From assembly GCA_964426305.1 (NCBI GenBank), contig CAYRPO010000001.1, forward strand, positions 732 to 64,731: a stretch of 64,000 bases of DNA, read 5' to 3'. The notes beneath the pieces are model-generated. The model made no database searches. It saw nothing but the letters and a program-made list of their open reading frames with translations, and had not been told where the DNA came from. Positions 16,086-24,497 of this stretch are shown here, one piece after another. The position numbers and the translations under genes were made by a program. Source of the stretch: an uncultured Candidatus Saccharibacteria bacterium. Its GTDB lineage: Bacteria; Patescibacteriota; Saccharimonadia; Saccharimonadales; CAIOMD01. Position 1 is the stretch's first letter. Each line of letters starts with the position of its first letter.

Positions 16086-17186
16086 TTAGGTTTTTTTCGC
16101 TGGCTTAGCGGTTCGTATCTCGTTTTCTAAAGCCTGAGATTCGCGCAGATAAGTCTGAATGGTTGTGACAATGGCAATCATCAGCACTGGCCCGATGACG
16201 ATCCCCAGGAAACCAAACATGGCGATACCCGCAAAGACCGACAAGATTGTAAGCGCTGGATCAAGTCGCGCAGTCTTTGGGACAAACTTTGGACGTAGAA
16301 CATTGTCGATATTGGTGACGATGAGAAAATGGCCACCCAGCAGCACAAGCCCCTGCCAGATATTGCCCGTGAGTATCATGATGATGCCGATTGGGATGAC
16401 AATGATACCGCCGCCCAGTGGGATGATCGACAAGAAGACAAGTAATACGAGCCAAAAGAAGAAGTAGTCAAAGCCAACGATCCACAGCAGCAGTGCATCA
16501 ACAAGGCCCTGTAAAAAAGCGATTGCAAACTGACCCTTGACCATGGCAGTGGTCATGTCGCCAATGCGACCCAAATATAAATCGGCATTCTCTTTGCCCA
16601 GGGGGTGTAGTTTGCGAATGGTCCCGGTTATTTCGTCTTGGTTTTGCAATAAGGAGCTGAACACAAATAGAAATATGATGGCCGTGGTGAAAAAACTGGC
16701 GACGCCACCTGCAAAGCCTTTGAAGAAGCTGATAATAGTACTGATGACATCGGGAATAGTGCTTTTGATCCAATCAGTGATCTGATCGACGCTGAATGTG
16801 TTCGGTCCTTGGCCTGGGACTTTGTCGATTGCATGGTTTGCATTGTCTACGAGCGTCTGTATTGCTTGACTGAGAGACGTGCTTGAATTTGCGGTTTGCT
16901 TAATGAGATCAATAATTTGTATTGCTTGATCTATAGTAACGGCGATTACTAACGTGAGCGGAATAATAATTACAAATAATGCAGTAATGATAGTAATGCT
17001 ACTAGAAAGGCCTTTTTTCTGAGTCTTTCGATACAAACGCTTATATAAAGGGTTGAACAGGAATGACAAGATTGCTGCAAAGACAATGAGTATGAAAAAG
17101 CCACGTAAAAAATAAGCCCCAAAGAGGAGAGCTATAATAAGTGCGATGGTGAGTGTTTGGCGCTGTTTTGTTGTCATATTTGCCAT
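16086..17186 (-). CDS. AI-2E family transporter (PerM/UPF0118), paralog 1
   Basis: The ORF is 366 aa and polytopic. The C-terminal DN.LRP....... / P.L.I.S...G...FG..G...GP pattern is typical of AI-2E/PerM. Confidence 0.8.
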   Translation of the reverse strand: MANMTTKQRQTLTIALIIALLFGAYFLRGFFILIVFAAILSFLFNPLYKRLYRKTQKKGLSSSITIITALFVIIIPLTLVIAVTIDQAIQIIDLIKQTANSSTSLSQAIQTLVDNANHAIDKVPGQGPNTFSVDQITDWIKSTIPDVISTIISFFKGFAGGVASFFTTAIIFLFVFSSLLQNQDEITGTIRKLHPLGKENADLYLGRIGDMTTAMVKGQFAIAFLQGLVDALLLWIVGFDYFFFWLVLLVFLSIIPLGGGIIVIPIGIIMILTGNIWQGLVLLGGHFLIVTNIDNVLRPKFVPKTARLDPALTILSVFAGIAMFGFLGIVIGPVLMIAIVTTIQTYLRESQALENEIRTAKPAKKT

Positions 17187-17278
17187 TATACGCTGTTACG
17201 TGAAAAATGAACGCATATTGCAGATGCAAAAAAATACTATATACTGATAAATAGTATTTGGCAACAAAAGGAGTAGCC

Positions 17279-18553
17279 GTGGCAAAGCATAGTGTATCGA
17301 AACATACCGAAATTAATACGGCAGATATAAATGCTCTGAAAAAAGAGAACGAGGCGTTGCGTGCGCAACTTGCAAGTTTACGTCATACGAAAAGATCCGT
17401 GCCACCACATAGATGGCGTAACTTATTCGCTGGGTTGTCGGCGACAGTGGCAGTAGTAACGTTTAGTTTGTGGAATATAGGCTATTGGACTCGACAGACA
17501 ATTGTTGATACTGATTCGTTTGTGGCGGCTACTGCGCCACTGATCGAAGACCCTGCAATTCAAACTGCTCTAAAGACAGAGATCACCAATCAGATTTTTT
17601 CTCGGGTCAATATCGAGGAAGAGCTTACCAAGGCACTTCCGGAAAATCTGACTTTCATCGCGGCGCCTTTCGCTAATCAGGTTCGTAATTTTGCAGAGGC
17701 ACAGGTTGGTAAGGCGATCGAGAGTGATCAAGCAGCGCAAGTATGGCAACAGACACTCACTGTTTCTCATGAGCGGATTCTAGGCTATCTAGATGACCCA
17801 TCAAAAGACAGTACTATAAGTTTGTCAGATGTCTACAATTTTGCTGGCTCTAAGCTGCAGGATGGTAAGGCAGGATTTCTGTTTGGCAAGACACTGCCGC
17901 CAAGCGTCGGTAACATTACAGTCAAAGAGCTGAAAAACGTTGACAAAGCTCGTGCTGCGCTTGAAGCCCTGAATCGCACGGTACACGTCCTTGCATTTGT
18001 GAGCTTAAGCACGTTTATACTTGCGTTGGTATTGAGTACAAAACGCCGAAACATTGTAGTAGGTATGGGTCTCTTTACGATCGTGCTGATGGCGAGTACT
18101 CTTGCGGCTCTGCATATTGCGCAAGCACAAATTGGTCAAGCGGTTGCTACATCGAATGCTGCCGCTGCCGAAGCCGCATTTGGCATTATCACGGACGCAC
18201 TACGCGTACAGACGCTCGGGGTTGCATCGTTGATAACGGCAGGGCTAGGTATTGCCCTCATCGCGTCTGAATGGTCGGTGATGGTATGGCTGCGAACTCG
18301 TTTGCGTGCAGGGCTTGACTGGGCTGCCGCCAAGCTACCCTTGTTCTCTGTCCCGACGTTTCTGTCATGGATTGCAATCAATAAAGGCGTGATCGGATGG
18401 ACACTTGTTTTGGTCAACTTCGTGTTATTTGCTTTTCGCATGCCGCCAACGCAAACTGGCGTGACGAACGCTCTCCTAGCAAGTGTGGTTGTCGTGTTTG
18501 CACTTGAGGTGATTGCCGCAATACATCGACGATTCAGCGCGACTGTCGAGTAA
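17279..18553 (+). CDS. Hypothetical integral membrane protein with an N-terminal coiled coil
   Basis: GTG 17279 lies 5 nt after the AAAGGAG SD. It has an N-terminal heptad-like segment (INALKKENEALRAQLASL) and multiple TM segments. There is no family motif. Confidence 0.55.
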   Translation: MAKHSVSKHTEINTADINALKKENEALRAQLASLRHTKRSVPPHRWRNLFAGLSATVAVVTFSLWNIGYWTRQTIVDTDSFVAATAPLIEDPAIQTALKTEITNQIFSRVNIEEELTKALPENLTFIAAPFANQVRNFAEAQVGKAIESDQAAQVWQQTLTVSHERILGYLDDPSKDSTISLSDVYNFAGSKLQDGKAGFLFGKTLPPSVGNITVKELKNVDKARAALEALNRTVHVLAFVSLSTFILALVLSTKRRNIVVGMGLFTIVLMASTLAALHIAQAQIGQAVATSNAAAAEAAFGIITDALRVQTLGVASLITAGLGIALIASEWSVMVWLRTRLRAGLDWAAAKLPLFSVPTFLSWIAINKGVIGWTLVLVNFVLFAFRMPPTQTGVTNALLASVVVVFALEVIAAIHRRFSATVE

Positions 18554-18570
18554 CTTGATACAATAAAGCT

Positions 18571-19680
18571 ATGGCAAATCAGAACTCCGGTGCAATGCCC
18601 GAATGGATACCTCGGCTCATAATTACAGTAATCCTCTCGATTTTGGCCGCCGCCGCCACACTGCTACTTGTATTCCGGCTGTCGGCGTTGATTTCGTGGT
18701 TGCTAGTTGCTATGTTCTTGTCATTTGCGCTCGAACCGCTTGTCAACAAACTGGTTCAACTTGGTTGGCGACGACGCGTTGCGACTATTGGCATATTGGC
18801 GGTTTTTGTTTTTGGTGCAATGCTTGTCGTAGTTGCGATGGTACCACTCCTTATCCGCCAAGTTGGCGAGATTTTTGATCAGGCACCAGGCTGGCTCGAG
18901 TCTCTCGTGTCGTGGGTTAATACAAGTTTTCATACACGCATTTCTCAGAGTGCCATACTGGATCAGCTCAAGTCCCTTGACCAGGTATTGCCGACGTATG
19001 CGAGCAACTTAGCAGGCAATATTTTTAACTTTAGCAGGCAACTCTTTTTGGGCGTCCTGCAGGTTCTGACGATCACGCTGTTTACGTATTATCTTGTTGC
19101 CGATGCGCCACGCTTGCGTCGAATTATCTGCTCATTTTTGCCGCAAAAACATCAAAAATTTGTCTTAAGCACTTGGGAGTTGGCGATTGACAAAACAGGT
19201 GGCTACATATATTCACGATTGATTATTGGTGCGATATCGGCTGCAGTGCATTTGGTGGTTTTTCTCATTCTTGGCATTCCGTTTGCATTGCCGCTGGCGA
19301 TTTGGATGGGTGCTGTGTCGCAACTTCTGCCCGTCATAGGCACATTCATTGCCGCTGGCGTCCCTCTCGTGGTGGCGCTCTTGTATAGCCCTCCAATTGC
19401 GCTTCTATTGCTGATTTTTATAGTTATATATCAACAGATAGAGAATTATGCCATTGGCCCGAAAGTTTCCGCAGAGACCATGGAGCTACACCCTGCAGTT
19501 GCCTTTGCGGCAGTTGTGGCAGGCGCAAGTTTAGCCGGAATTGTTGGAGCATTTTTAGCTTTGCCGATTGCCGCAATCCTACAGGAGTCACTGCGTATTT
19601 ATCTAAAACGACATGAAGTCGTCGAGTCTCGCTTGCTCATGGCGCCAAGGCGAAAACCTCGCAACACAAAAGCCGCTTGA
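18571..19680 (+). CDS. AI-2E family transporter (PerM/UPF0118), paralog 2
   Basis: The ORF is 369 aa with the same architecture as 16086..17186 (YQQIENYAIGPKV...HP...F....AG....G..GAFLA.P). Confidence 0.8.
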   Translation: MANQNSGAMPEWIPRLIITVILSILAAAATLLLVFRLSALISWLLVAMFLSFALEPLVNKLVQLGWRRRVATIGILAVFVFGAMLVVVAMVPLLIRQVGEIFDQAPGWLESLVSWVNTSFHTRISQSAILDQLKSLDQVLPTYASNLAGNIFNFSRQLFLGVLQVLTITLFTYYLVADAPRLRRIICSFLPQKHQKFVLSTWELAIDKTGGYIYSRLIIGAISAAVHLVVFLILGIPFALPLAIWMGAVSQLLPVIGTFIAAGVPLVVALLYSPPIALLLLIFIVIYQQIENYAIGPKVSAETMELHPAVAFAAVVAGASLAGIVGAFLALPIAAILQESLRIYLKRHEVVESRLLMAPRRKPRNTKAA

Positions 19681-19738
19681 CTAACAGGGGCCAACGGGGT
19701 ACAGTTCGAAGTAGTAACGTAAAAGGAGGAGTTTAGAA

Positions 19739-20311
19739 ATGAGTAAAGCCGAACAGGTTTTTGAGCAGCCATGGTGGGCTTTGGTTGTCGAGGGAATTGC
19801 GGCAATTGCATTTGGTTTTGCGGCCATGGTCTGGCCGGGCATAACTATAGGTGTGATGGCGTTGCTGTTGGCTATCTTCGTCGGCGTGTATGGTATTTTT
19901 GATATTATTAACGGCGTGCGTACAGTCGGTAAAGACGCTTGGTCTGGTATTTTACACCTAGCACTTGGGGCATTGGAGGTTGGTATTTCTGTCTTCTTGT
20001 TGAATCGAGTTGGCAGTGGTCTTGCGATTGCCACGCTCATCCTTTTGATTGTGCTTGGTTTTGCTGCACGAGGTATTGTTGCCATAGTGCTTGCATTTAG
20101 CTCTGGTGTCGAAGGCGGTGCGAAGTGGCTAACTGTTGTTATGGGAGTGTTATCGATTATCTGTGCGATTATCATTGCTCGATACCCTGTTCCAGGTGCT
20201 CTTACCTGGGTTTGGGTGATCGGGTTGTTCGCGCTCATTAGCGGTCCGTTCCAGATTGCTATGGGCATTACGCAGAAAGACGCCGAAAAAGAGCTGGCTG
20301 CTAAAAAGTAA
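19739..20311 (+). CDS. HdeD/DUF308-family membrane protein
   Basis: A strong AAGGAGG SD lies near 19723. The WWALVVEGIAAIAFGFAAMVWPG repeat architecture is typical of DUF308. Confidence 0.7.
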   Translation: MSKAEQVFEQPWWALVVEGIAAIAFGFAAMVWPGITIGVMALLLAIFVGVYGIFDIINGVRTVGKDAWSGILHLALGALEVGISVFLLNRVGSGLAIATLILLIVLGFAARGIVAIVLAFSSGVEGGAKWLTVVMGVLSIICAIIIARYPVPGALTWVWVIGLFALISGPFQIAMGITQKDAEKELAAKK

Positions 20312-20367
20312 TCTTGCAGCCTGTCTTGCACAGGGATATACTGTAGATGGAAGCATTCGCTTCCGTA

Positions 20368-20397
20368 AAGCCGGGTGAAACACCCCGGCTTTTTTTG
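20368..20397 (+). terminator. Intrinsic terminator
   Basis: AAGCCGGGTG (20368..20377) pairs with CACCCCGGCTT (20381..20391) and is followed by a TTTTTT run. Confidence 0.75.
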
Positions 20398-20401
20398 ATG
20401 C

Positions 20402-21508
20402 ATGTGGTTAAATAGACTCATGCTTACAGTACTACTTGTGCTTTTGTTGGGCGTATCAACGACACTCATTATCGCCGTATTTGTTTTATTGGGAAAATTA
20501 CACAAAACTCAAGATATTGGTAGTAGTGCTGGGCTGATCAAGCAAGACCTTGCTCTGTTGGCTCATAGTATCGAGACGCTCAAGGATAGTCTGAATCACA
20601 CAGTCAACGAGCGCCTCGACAAAAACAATATGCTTATGCGCGATTCAATCGCGAAGCAATTTAGTGAGAGCGCAAAGCTTATCACTGATGTCACTCAGCG
20701 GCTTGCCAAACTCGACGAGACAAATCGCCGAGTCGTAGACGTTGCGGATGAGCTACGTACTTTGCAAAATGTGCTCCAAAGCCCAAAGCAACGTGGGGGA
20801 TTAGGCGAATATTACCTGGACACAGTCCTAGGAAACGTCCTTGCACCTACGATGTACGAAACACAATATCGTTTTGAAAATGGAGAGATTGTTGACGCTG
20901 TCATCAAGCTTGATCGGGGGCGTCTGCTTTCAATTGACAGTAAATTTACGCTCGAGAACTACAATCGTCTAGTCGAAGAGACAGACAAGACTCAGCGTGA
21001 TACTTTGGCAAAGCTATTTAAGGCCGATCTAAAAAATCGTATAGATGAAACAGCAAAGTATATTCGGCCAAACGAGGGCACGCTGGACTATGCCTTTATG
21101 TTCATACCCAGCGAAGCAATTTACTACGACTTGCTCGTGAATCAAGTTGGAGTTACGAACACCTCGGCACGAGATTTGATTGAATACGCATTTCGGGACA
21201 AAAAAGTCATCATCGTGAGTCCTACGACACTTCTTGCGTATCTACAGACTGTCATGCAGGGACTACGGAGTCTGCAGATCGAAGAACAGGCTAAAGAGAT
21301 TCAGAAACGTGTTGGTGAACTCGGCAAACACATCGCCACTCACGAGGCCTACATGCAGAAGCTTGGTGGTAGTCTTGGTACGACGGTCAATCATTTTAAT
21401 GCCGCACACAAAGAGCTGAAAAAGATTGACAAAGATGTGGTAAAAATTGCCGAAACGAGCCCAAGTGTTGAACCGTTATTGGTTGATAGACCTCAGGCTG
21501 ACGATTAA
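20402..21508 (+). CDS. rmuC: DNA recombination protein RmuC
   Basis: It has an N-terminal TM, a coiled coil, QRGGLGEYYLDTVL and a C-terminal nuclease-like region (DYAFMFIPSEAIY) typical of RmuC. Confidence 0.8.
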   Translation: MWLNRLMLTVLLVLLLGVSTTLIIAVFVLLGKLHKTQDIGSSAGLIKQDLALLAHSIETLKDSLNHTVNERLDKNNMLMRDSIAKQFSESAKLITDVTQRLAKLDETNRRVVDVADELRTLQNVLQSPKQRGGLGEYYLDTVLGNVLAPTMYETQYRFENGEIVDAVIKLDRGRLLSIDSKFTLENYNRLVEETDKTQRDTLAKLFKADLKNRIDETAKYIRPNEGTLDYAFMFIPSEAIYYDLLVNQVGVTNTSARDLIEYAFRDKKVIIVSPTTLLAYLQTVMQGLRSLQIEEQAKEIQKRVGELGKHIATHEAYMQKLGGSLGTTVNHFNAAHKELKKIDKDVVKIAETSPSVEPLLVDRPQADD

Positions 21509-22858
21509 TTATTTTTTGCCATGTTCGGCACGGTGCATGTCAAGCAAAAGTGCTGCCGACCAGCTGAATTGAGGGCTGCCGAGGCCTTTTCCGGTGTGAG
21601 GGTTGTAGTATTCCCAGATTCCTGCTTTTGTGGCCATATCCAGCGTGCTTCGACGTAAGTTTGCGGCCTCGTCTTTAAATCCGTGTCGCATGAGGCCATC
21701 TATGATGAGCCAGTTCATGTTGATCCAGGTTGGGCCCTGCCAATATCGATTGGCATCAAAGTAGCGTACATTGCGCGGTACGCTCGGCAGCGGATATTGC
21801 AGCCAAAAGGCTCGCTCGGTTGTCATGATGCGGACAAGCTTCTTGGCTCGCTCTGGCTTGATAGTACCAGCATAAAGTGGCAAGAGACTCGCGATTGTTG
21901 GTTCTCGTATGAGGCGGTGTGACATAAAATCGCGGCTAAAATATGTACCAAACTGTTCGTCCCACAGGCTTTCGAGCGCCTCTTGACTTTCTTTTATGCG
22001 AAACACGAGCTCCCTGGGCAGTCGTATGCGTGCTGCGCTGGCAATGTCGCGCAAGATCTGATTGTTCCGCACAAAAATTGCATTATACCCAACATCCTCA
22101 ATACAAAATAATGACCGGTGTAGAATTTTTTCGGTGTTGTAATGTTTTCGCCTCAGACGGCGAACCATGTCCCAGCACAGGATCGCATCGATGGTGTGGC
22201 CGCGTTGTGCAGCCGGAACGGCCCGTGTATCCCGTCGTAAAAGATTGATAATACGAACGGTACGGGTTTTCTCGAGCATACTGATCCACCAGGGCATCGT
22301 GTGCTCGTGTAGCTGGTGCATCCATGGGGGTGTATTGTCGAGGCCTGTTTCGTAGGGGTGTATTAACAGGACAAGTCCTTCGCTGTGTGGGTCTCTGTCT
22401 CGGTACAGCCACTCGTGATACCGCACCAGATGGGGTAGCATTTTTTTATAAAATGCAATACGTTTATGGTTTTCGAGTGCTTCGCCAACTCGCCATACGG
22501 CCTCGGCAAGTACTGGTGGTTGCGTAATGCCGCTCGTAGCGACATGGTCGTTGGATTCGGGTGCAGTCGTGCTTCGCCAAAAGCCACGATCGCGAGCGTA
22601 CTCCCAATCGGTGTTAAAAATGATGTGGGGGATCATGCCGTTGTGCCACTGTCCACGCACGAGACTCAATAGCTCTTGGCGGGCACGTTCTGGATCTATA
22701 TGAGTCCAGCCAATTGCCGCAAAACAACTGTCCCAGAGCCACTGGTGCGGGTATAGACCTGGGCTTGGCACGGTGTGCGTTCCTCGGTCATTCTTGCGTA
22801 GGACCGTTTCGGCATCGGCCCACATATCTGTTGTGCTATGTGTTTCGTGTTCATCCAT
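21509..22858 (-). CDS. GH63-like six-hairpin glycoside hydrolase (glucosyl-/mannosyl-glycerate hydrolase or amylo-alpha-1,6-glucosidase-like)
   Basis: YPHQWLWDSCF, HPYETGLDN and YWQGPTWINMNW motifs are present. Length is 449 aa. Confidence 0.65.
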   Translation of the reverse strand: MDEHETHSTTDMWADAETVLRKNDRGTHTVPSPGLYPHQWLWDSCFAAIGWTHIDPERARQELLSLVRGQWHNGMIPHIIFNTDWEYARDRGFWRSTTAPESNDHVATSGITQPPVLAEAVWRVGEALENHKRIAFYKKMLPHLVRYHEWLYRDRDPHSEGLVLLIHPYETGLDNTPPWMHQLHEHTMPWWISMLEKTRTVRIINLLRRDTRAVPAAQRGHTIDAILCWDMVRRLRRKHYNTEKILHRSLFCIEDVGYNAIFVRNNQILRDIASAARIRLPRELVFRIKESQEALESLWDEQFGTYFSRDFMSHRLIREPTIASLLPLYAGTIKPERAKKLVRIMTTERAFWLQYPLPSVPRNVRYFDANRYWQGPTWINMNWLIIDGLMRHGFKDEAANLRRSTLDMATKAGIWEYYNPHTGKGLGSPQFSWSAALLLDMHRAEHGKK

Positions 22859-22912
22859 TGTTGTTAGTATAACGCGAACAGCTTATGCTTTCGAAGTCTA
22901 ACAGTGATATAT

Positions 22913-23413
22913 TTAGCGAAAATTTGTAAAAGCGATCGGAAAATCAAAGTCCGCACCACGCAATAGTTGCATGACCGCCTGTAGCTCATCTTTTTTAGGA
23001 CTCATGACGCGTATCTCTTCACCCTGAATCTGGGTTTTTACTTTCGGATATTGTTCGCGAATCAGAGAAGCAATTCTTTTTGCCTTCTCTTGGTCGAGGC
23101 CCTTTTTGAGCTTGACAACTTTTGTCGTCTTGAGGTTTGTAATCGTTGATTCTTCACTGGTGTCTAAAACTTTTTGACTTTGATTTCTGCTGGCAATTTT
23201 TTTGCGGACAATTTCGAGCACTGCATCGATATGAAAATCATTGTCACCAGTGACCTTTAAAATCGTTTTGTCATTGTCGAACCATTCTATGGTTGCCTGT
23301 GTTCCTTTTAGGTCATAACGAGTCGCGATCTCACGCTGCGCTTGGTCAATCACGTTGATAAGTTCGCTTTTGTCGTAATCTGAAACAATGTCAAACGAAG
23401 ATGTAGATGCCAT
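22913..23413 (-). CDS. yajQ: YajQ-family nucleotide (c-di-GMP)-binding protein (UPF0234)
   Basis: SFDIVSDYDKSELINVIDQAQREIATRYDLKG and the ~165 aa length are characteristic. Confidence 0.85.
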   Translation of the reverse strand: MASTSSFDIVSDYDKSELINVIDQAQREIATRYDLKGTQATIEWFDNDKTILKVTGDNDFHIDAVLEIVRKKIASRNQSQKVLDTSEESTITNLKTTKVVKLKKGLDQEKAKRIASLIREQYPKVKTQIQGEEIRVMSPKKDELQAVMQLLRGADFDFPIAFTNFR

Positions 23414-23465
23414 AGTGGTTTTAGTGTAGCAGTTTTTGAGTGTTTTCTCGTATACTGAAAGACAT

Positions 23466-24497
23466 ATGTCCTACACATTTACCGAAGTAGCCGCAGTAGC
23501 GGACAGTTTGAAACAACAATTCGCCAGCCTAACAGACAAAAAGGCAATTCTACGTGCCCCAGAATTGAAGCAACTGTATGGCACAATCAAAGACCTTCCC
23601 GCTGCTGACCGTAAGGCGTTTGGCGCAGAAGTGAATGCTCTGAAACATGAAGTTGAAGGCTGGTTAGCTGTGCTCGATGACTCTGCTAAAGCGCTACCGC
23701 CGATTGATGTGACAGCACCGTTCGATGTCAATATTGCAGCGAATGATCGTCCTGGTTTGCTTGATGCTCGTCATGGAAGCATTCATCCACTCATGACCGA
23801 GATTGCCCGCATAGGTGATATTTATGAACGTATGGGTTTTGTGATCGAACCATCTCGTGAGATCGACGATGACTACCATATGTTCGAAAGTCTCAATTTT
23901 CCAGAAGGCCACCCTGCACGAGACGACTGGGATACCTTTATGACCGAAGAAGGCCTGATTGCGCCAGCACATACCAGCACTATGCAGAATCGGATTTTGC
24001 GTAAATATGCTTCGAATCTAGAAAAAGGCTTACCAATTGCAGCAGTGTCACCAGACAGGGTATTCCGAAACGAGGACCTTGATGCAACCCATGAACACAC
24101 TTTCTACCAAATCGAGGGTGTCTATGTCGACAAGGGTGTCACAGTTGGCAATCTCATTGCTGTACTCAAGGCGTACATGACTGAGTATTTTGGACAAGAA
24201 CTCAAACTTAAAATCCAGCCATTTTACTTTCCTTTTACCGAGCCAAGTTTTGAGTTTGCCGTAGAGAGGCCAGAAGTCTTGAGGAAAGACAGTAGCGAAG
24301 CTGAGGTGTGGCTGGAGATTGGAGGTTGCGGTATGATGCACCCAAATGTGCTCAAGGGGGGTGGTATTGACCCGGCTATCTATACTGGTTTTGCATGGGG
24401 TTTTGGTGTTGAGCGTATGGTTATGCTAAAGAATGGTATAGAAGATATACGACATTTTGAGTCCGGTAAATTAGATTTTTTGAGGCAATTTGTATGA
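23466..24497 (+). CDS. pheS: Phenylalanine--tRNA ligase alpha subunit
   Basis: The class II core motifs are present: HPL..., FPEGHPARD, RVFRNEDLDATHEHTFYQIEG and GFAWGFGVERM. An alternative TTG start lies at 23436. Confidence 0.95.
   Translation: MSYTFTEVAAVADSLKQQFASLTDKKAILRAPELKQLYGTIKDLPAADRKAFGAEVNALKHEVEGWLAVLDDSAKALPPIDVTAPFDVNIAANDRPGLLDARHGSIHPLMTEIARIGDIYERMGFVIEPSREIDDDYHMFESLNFPEGHPARDDWDTFMTEEGLIAPAHTSTMQNRILRKYASNLEKGLPIAAVSPDRVFRNEDLDATHEHTFYQIEGVYVDKGVTVGNLIAVLKAYMTEYFGQELKLKIQPFYFPFTEPSFEFAVERPEVLRKDSSEAEVWLEIGGCGMMHPNVLKGGGIDPAIYTGFAWGFGVERMVMLKNGIEDIRHFESGKLDFLRQFV

Noticed and set aside
19681-20505. A 274-aa minus-strand ORF antisense to the HdeD/DUF308 gene
   Set aside because: The + strand gene has a strong AAGGAGG SD, a recognisable DUF308 repeat pattern and an intrinsic terminator. 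The antisense ORF has no start context and unusual composition.
23414-23465. A T-box leader upstream of pheS
   Set aside because: The intergenic space is only ~50 nt, far too short for a T-box riboswitch, and there is no specifier or T-box sequence.
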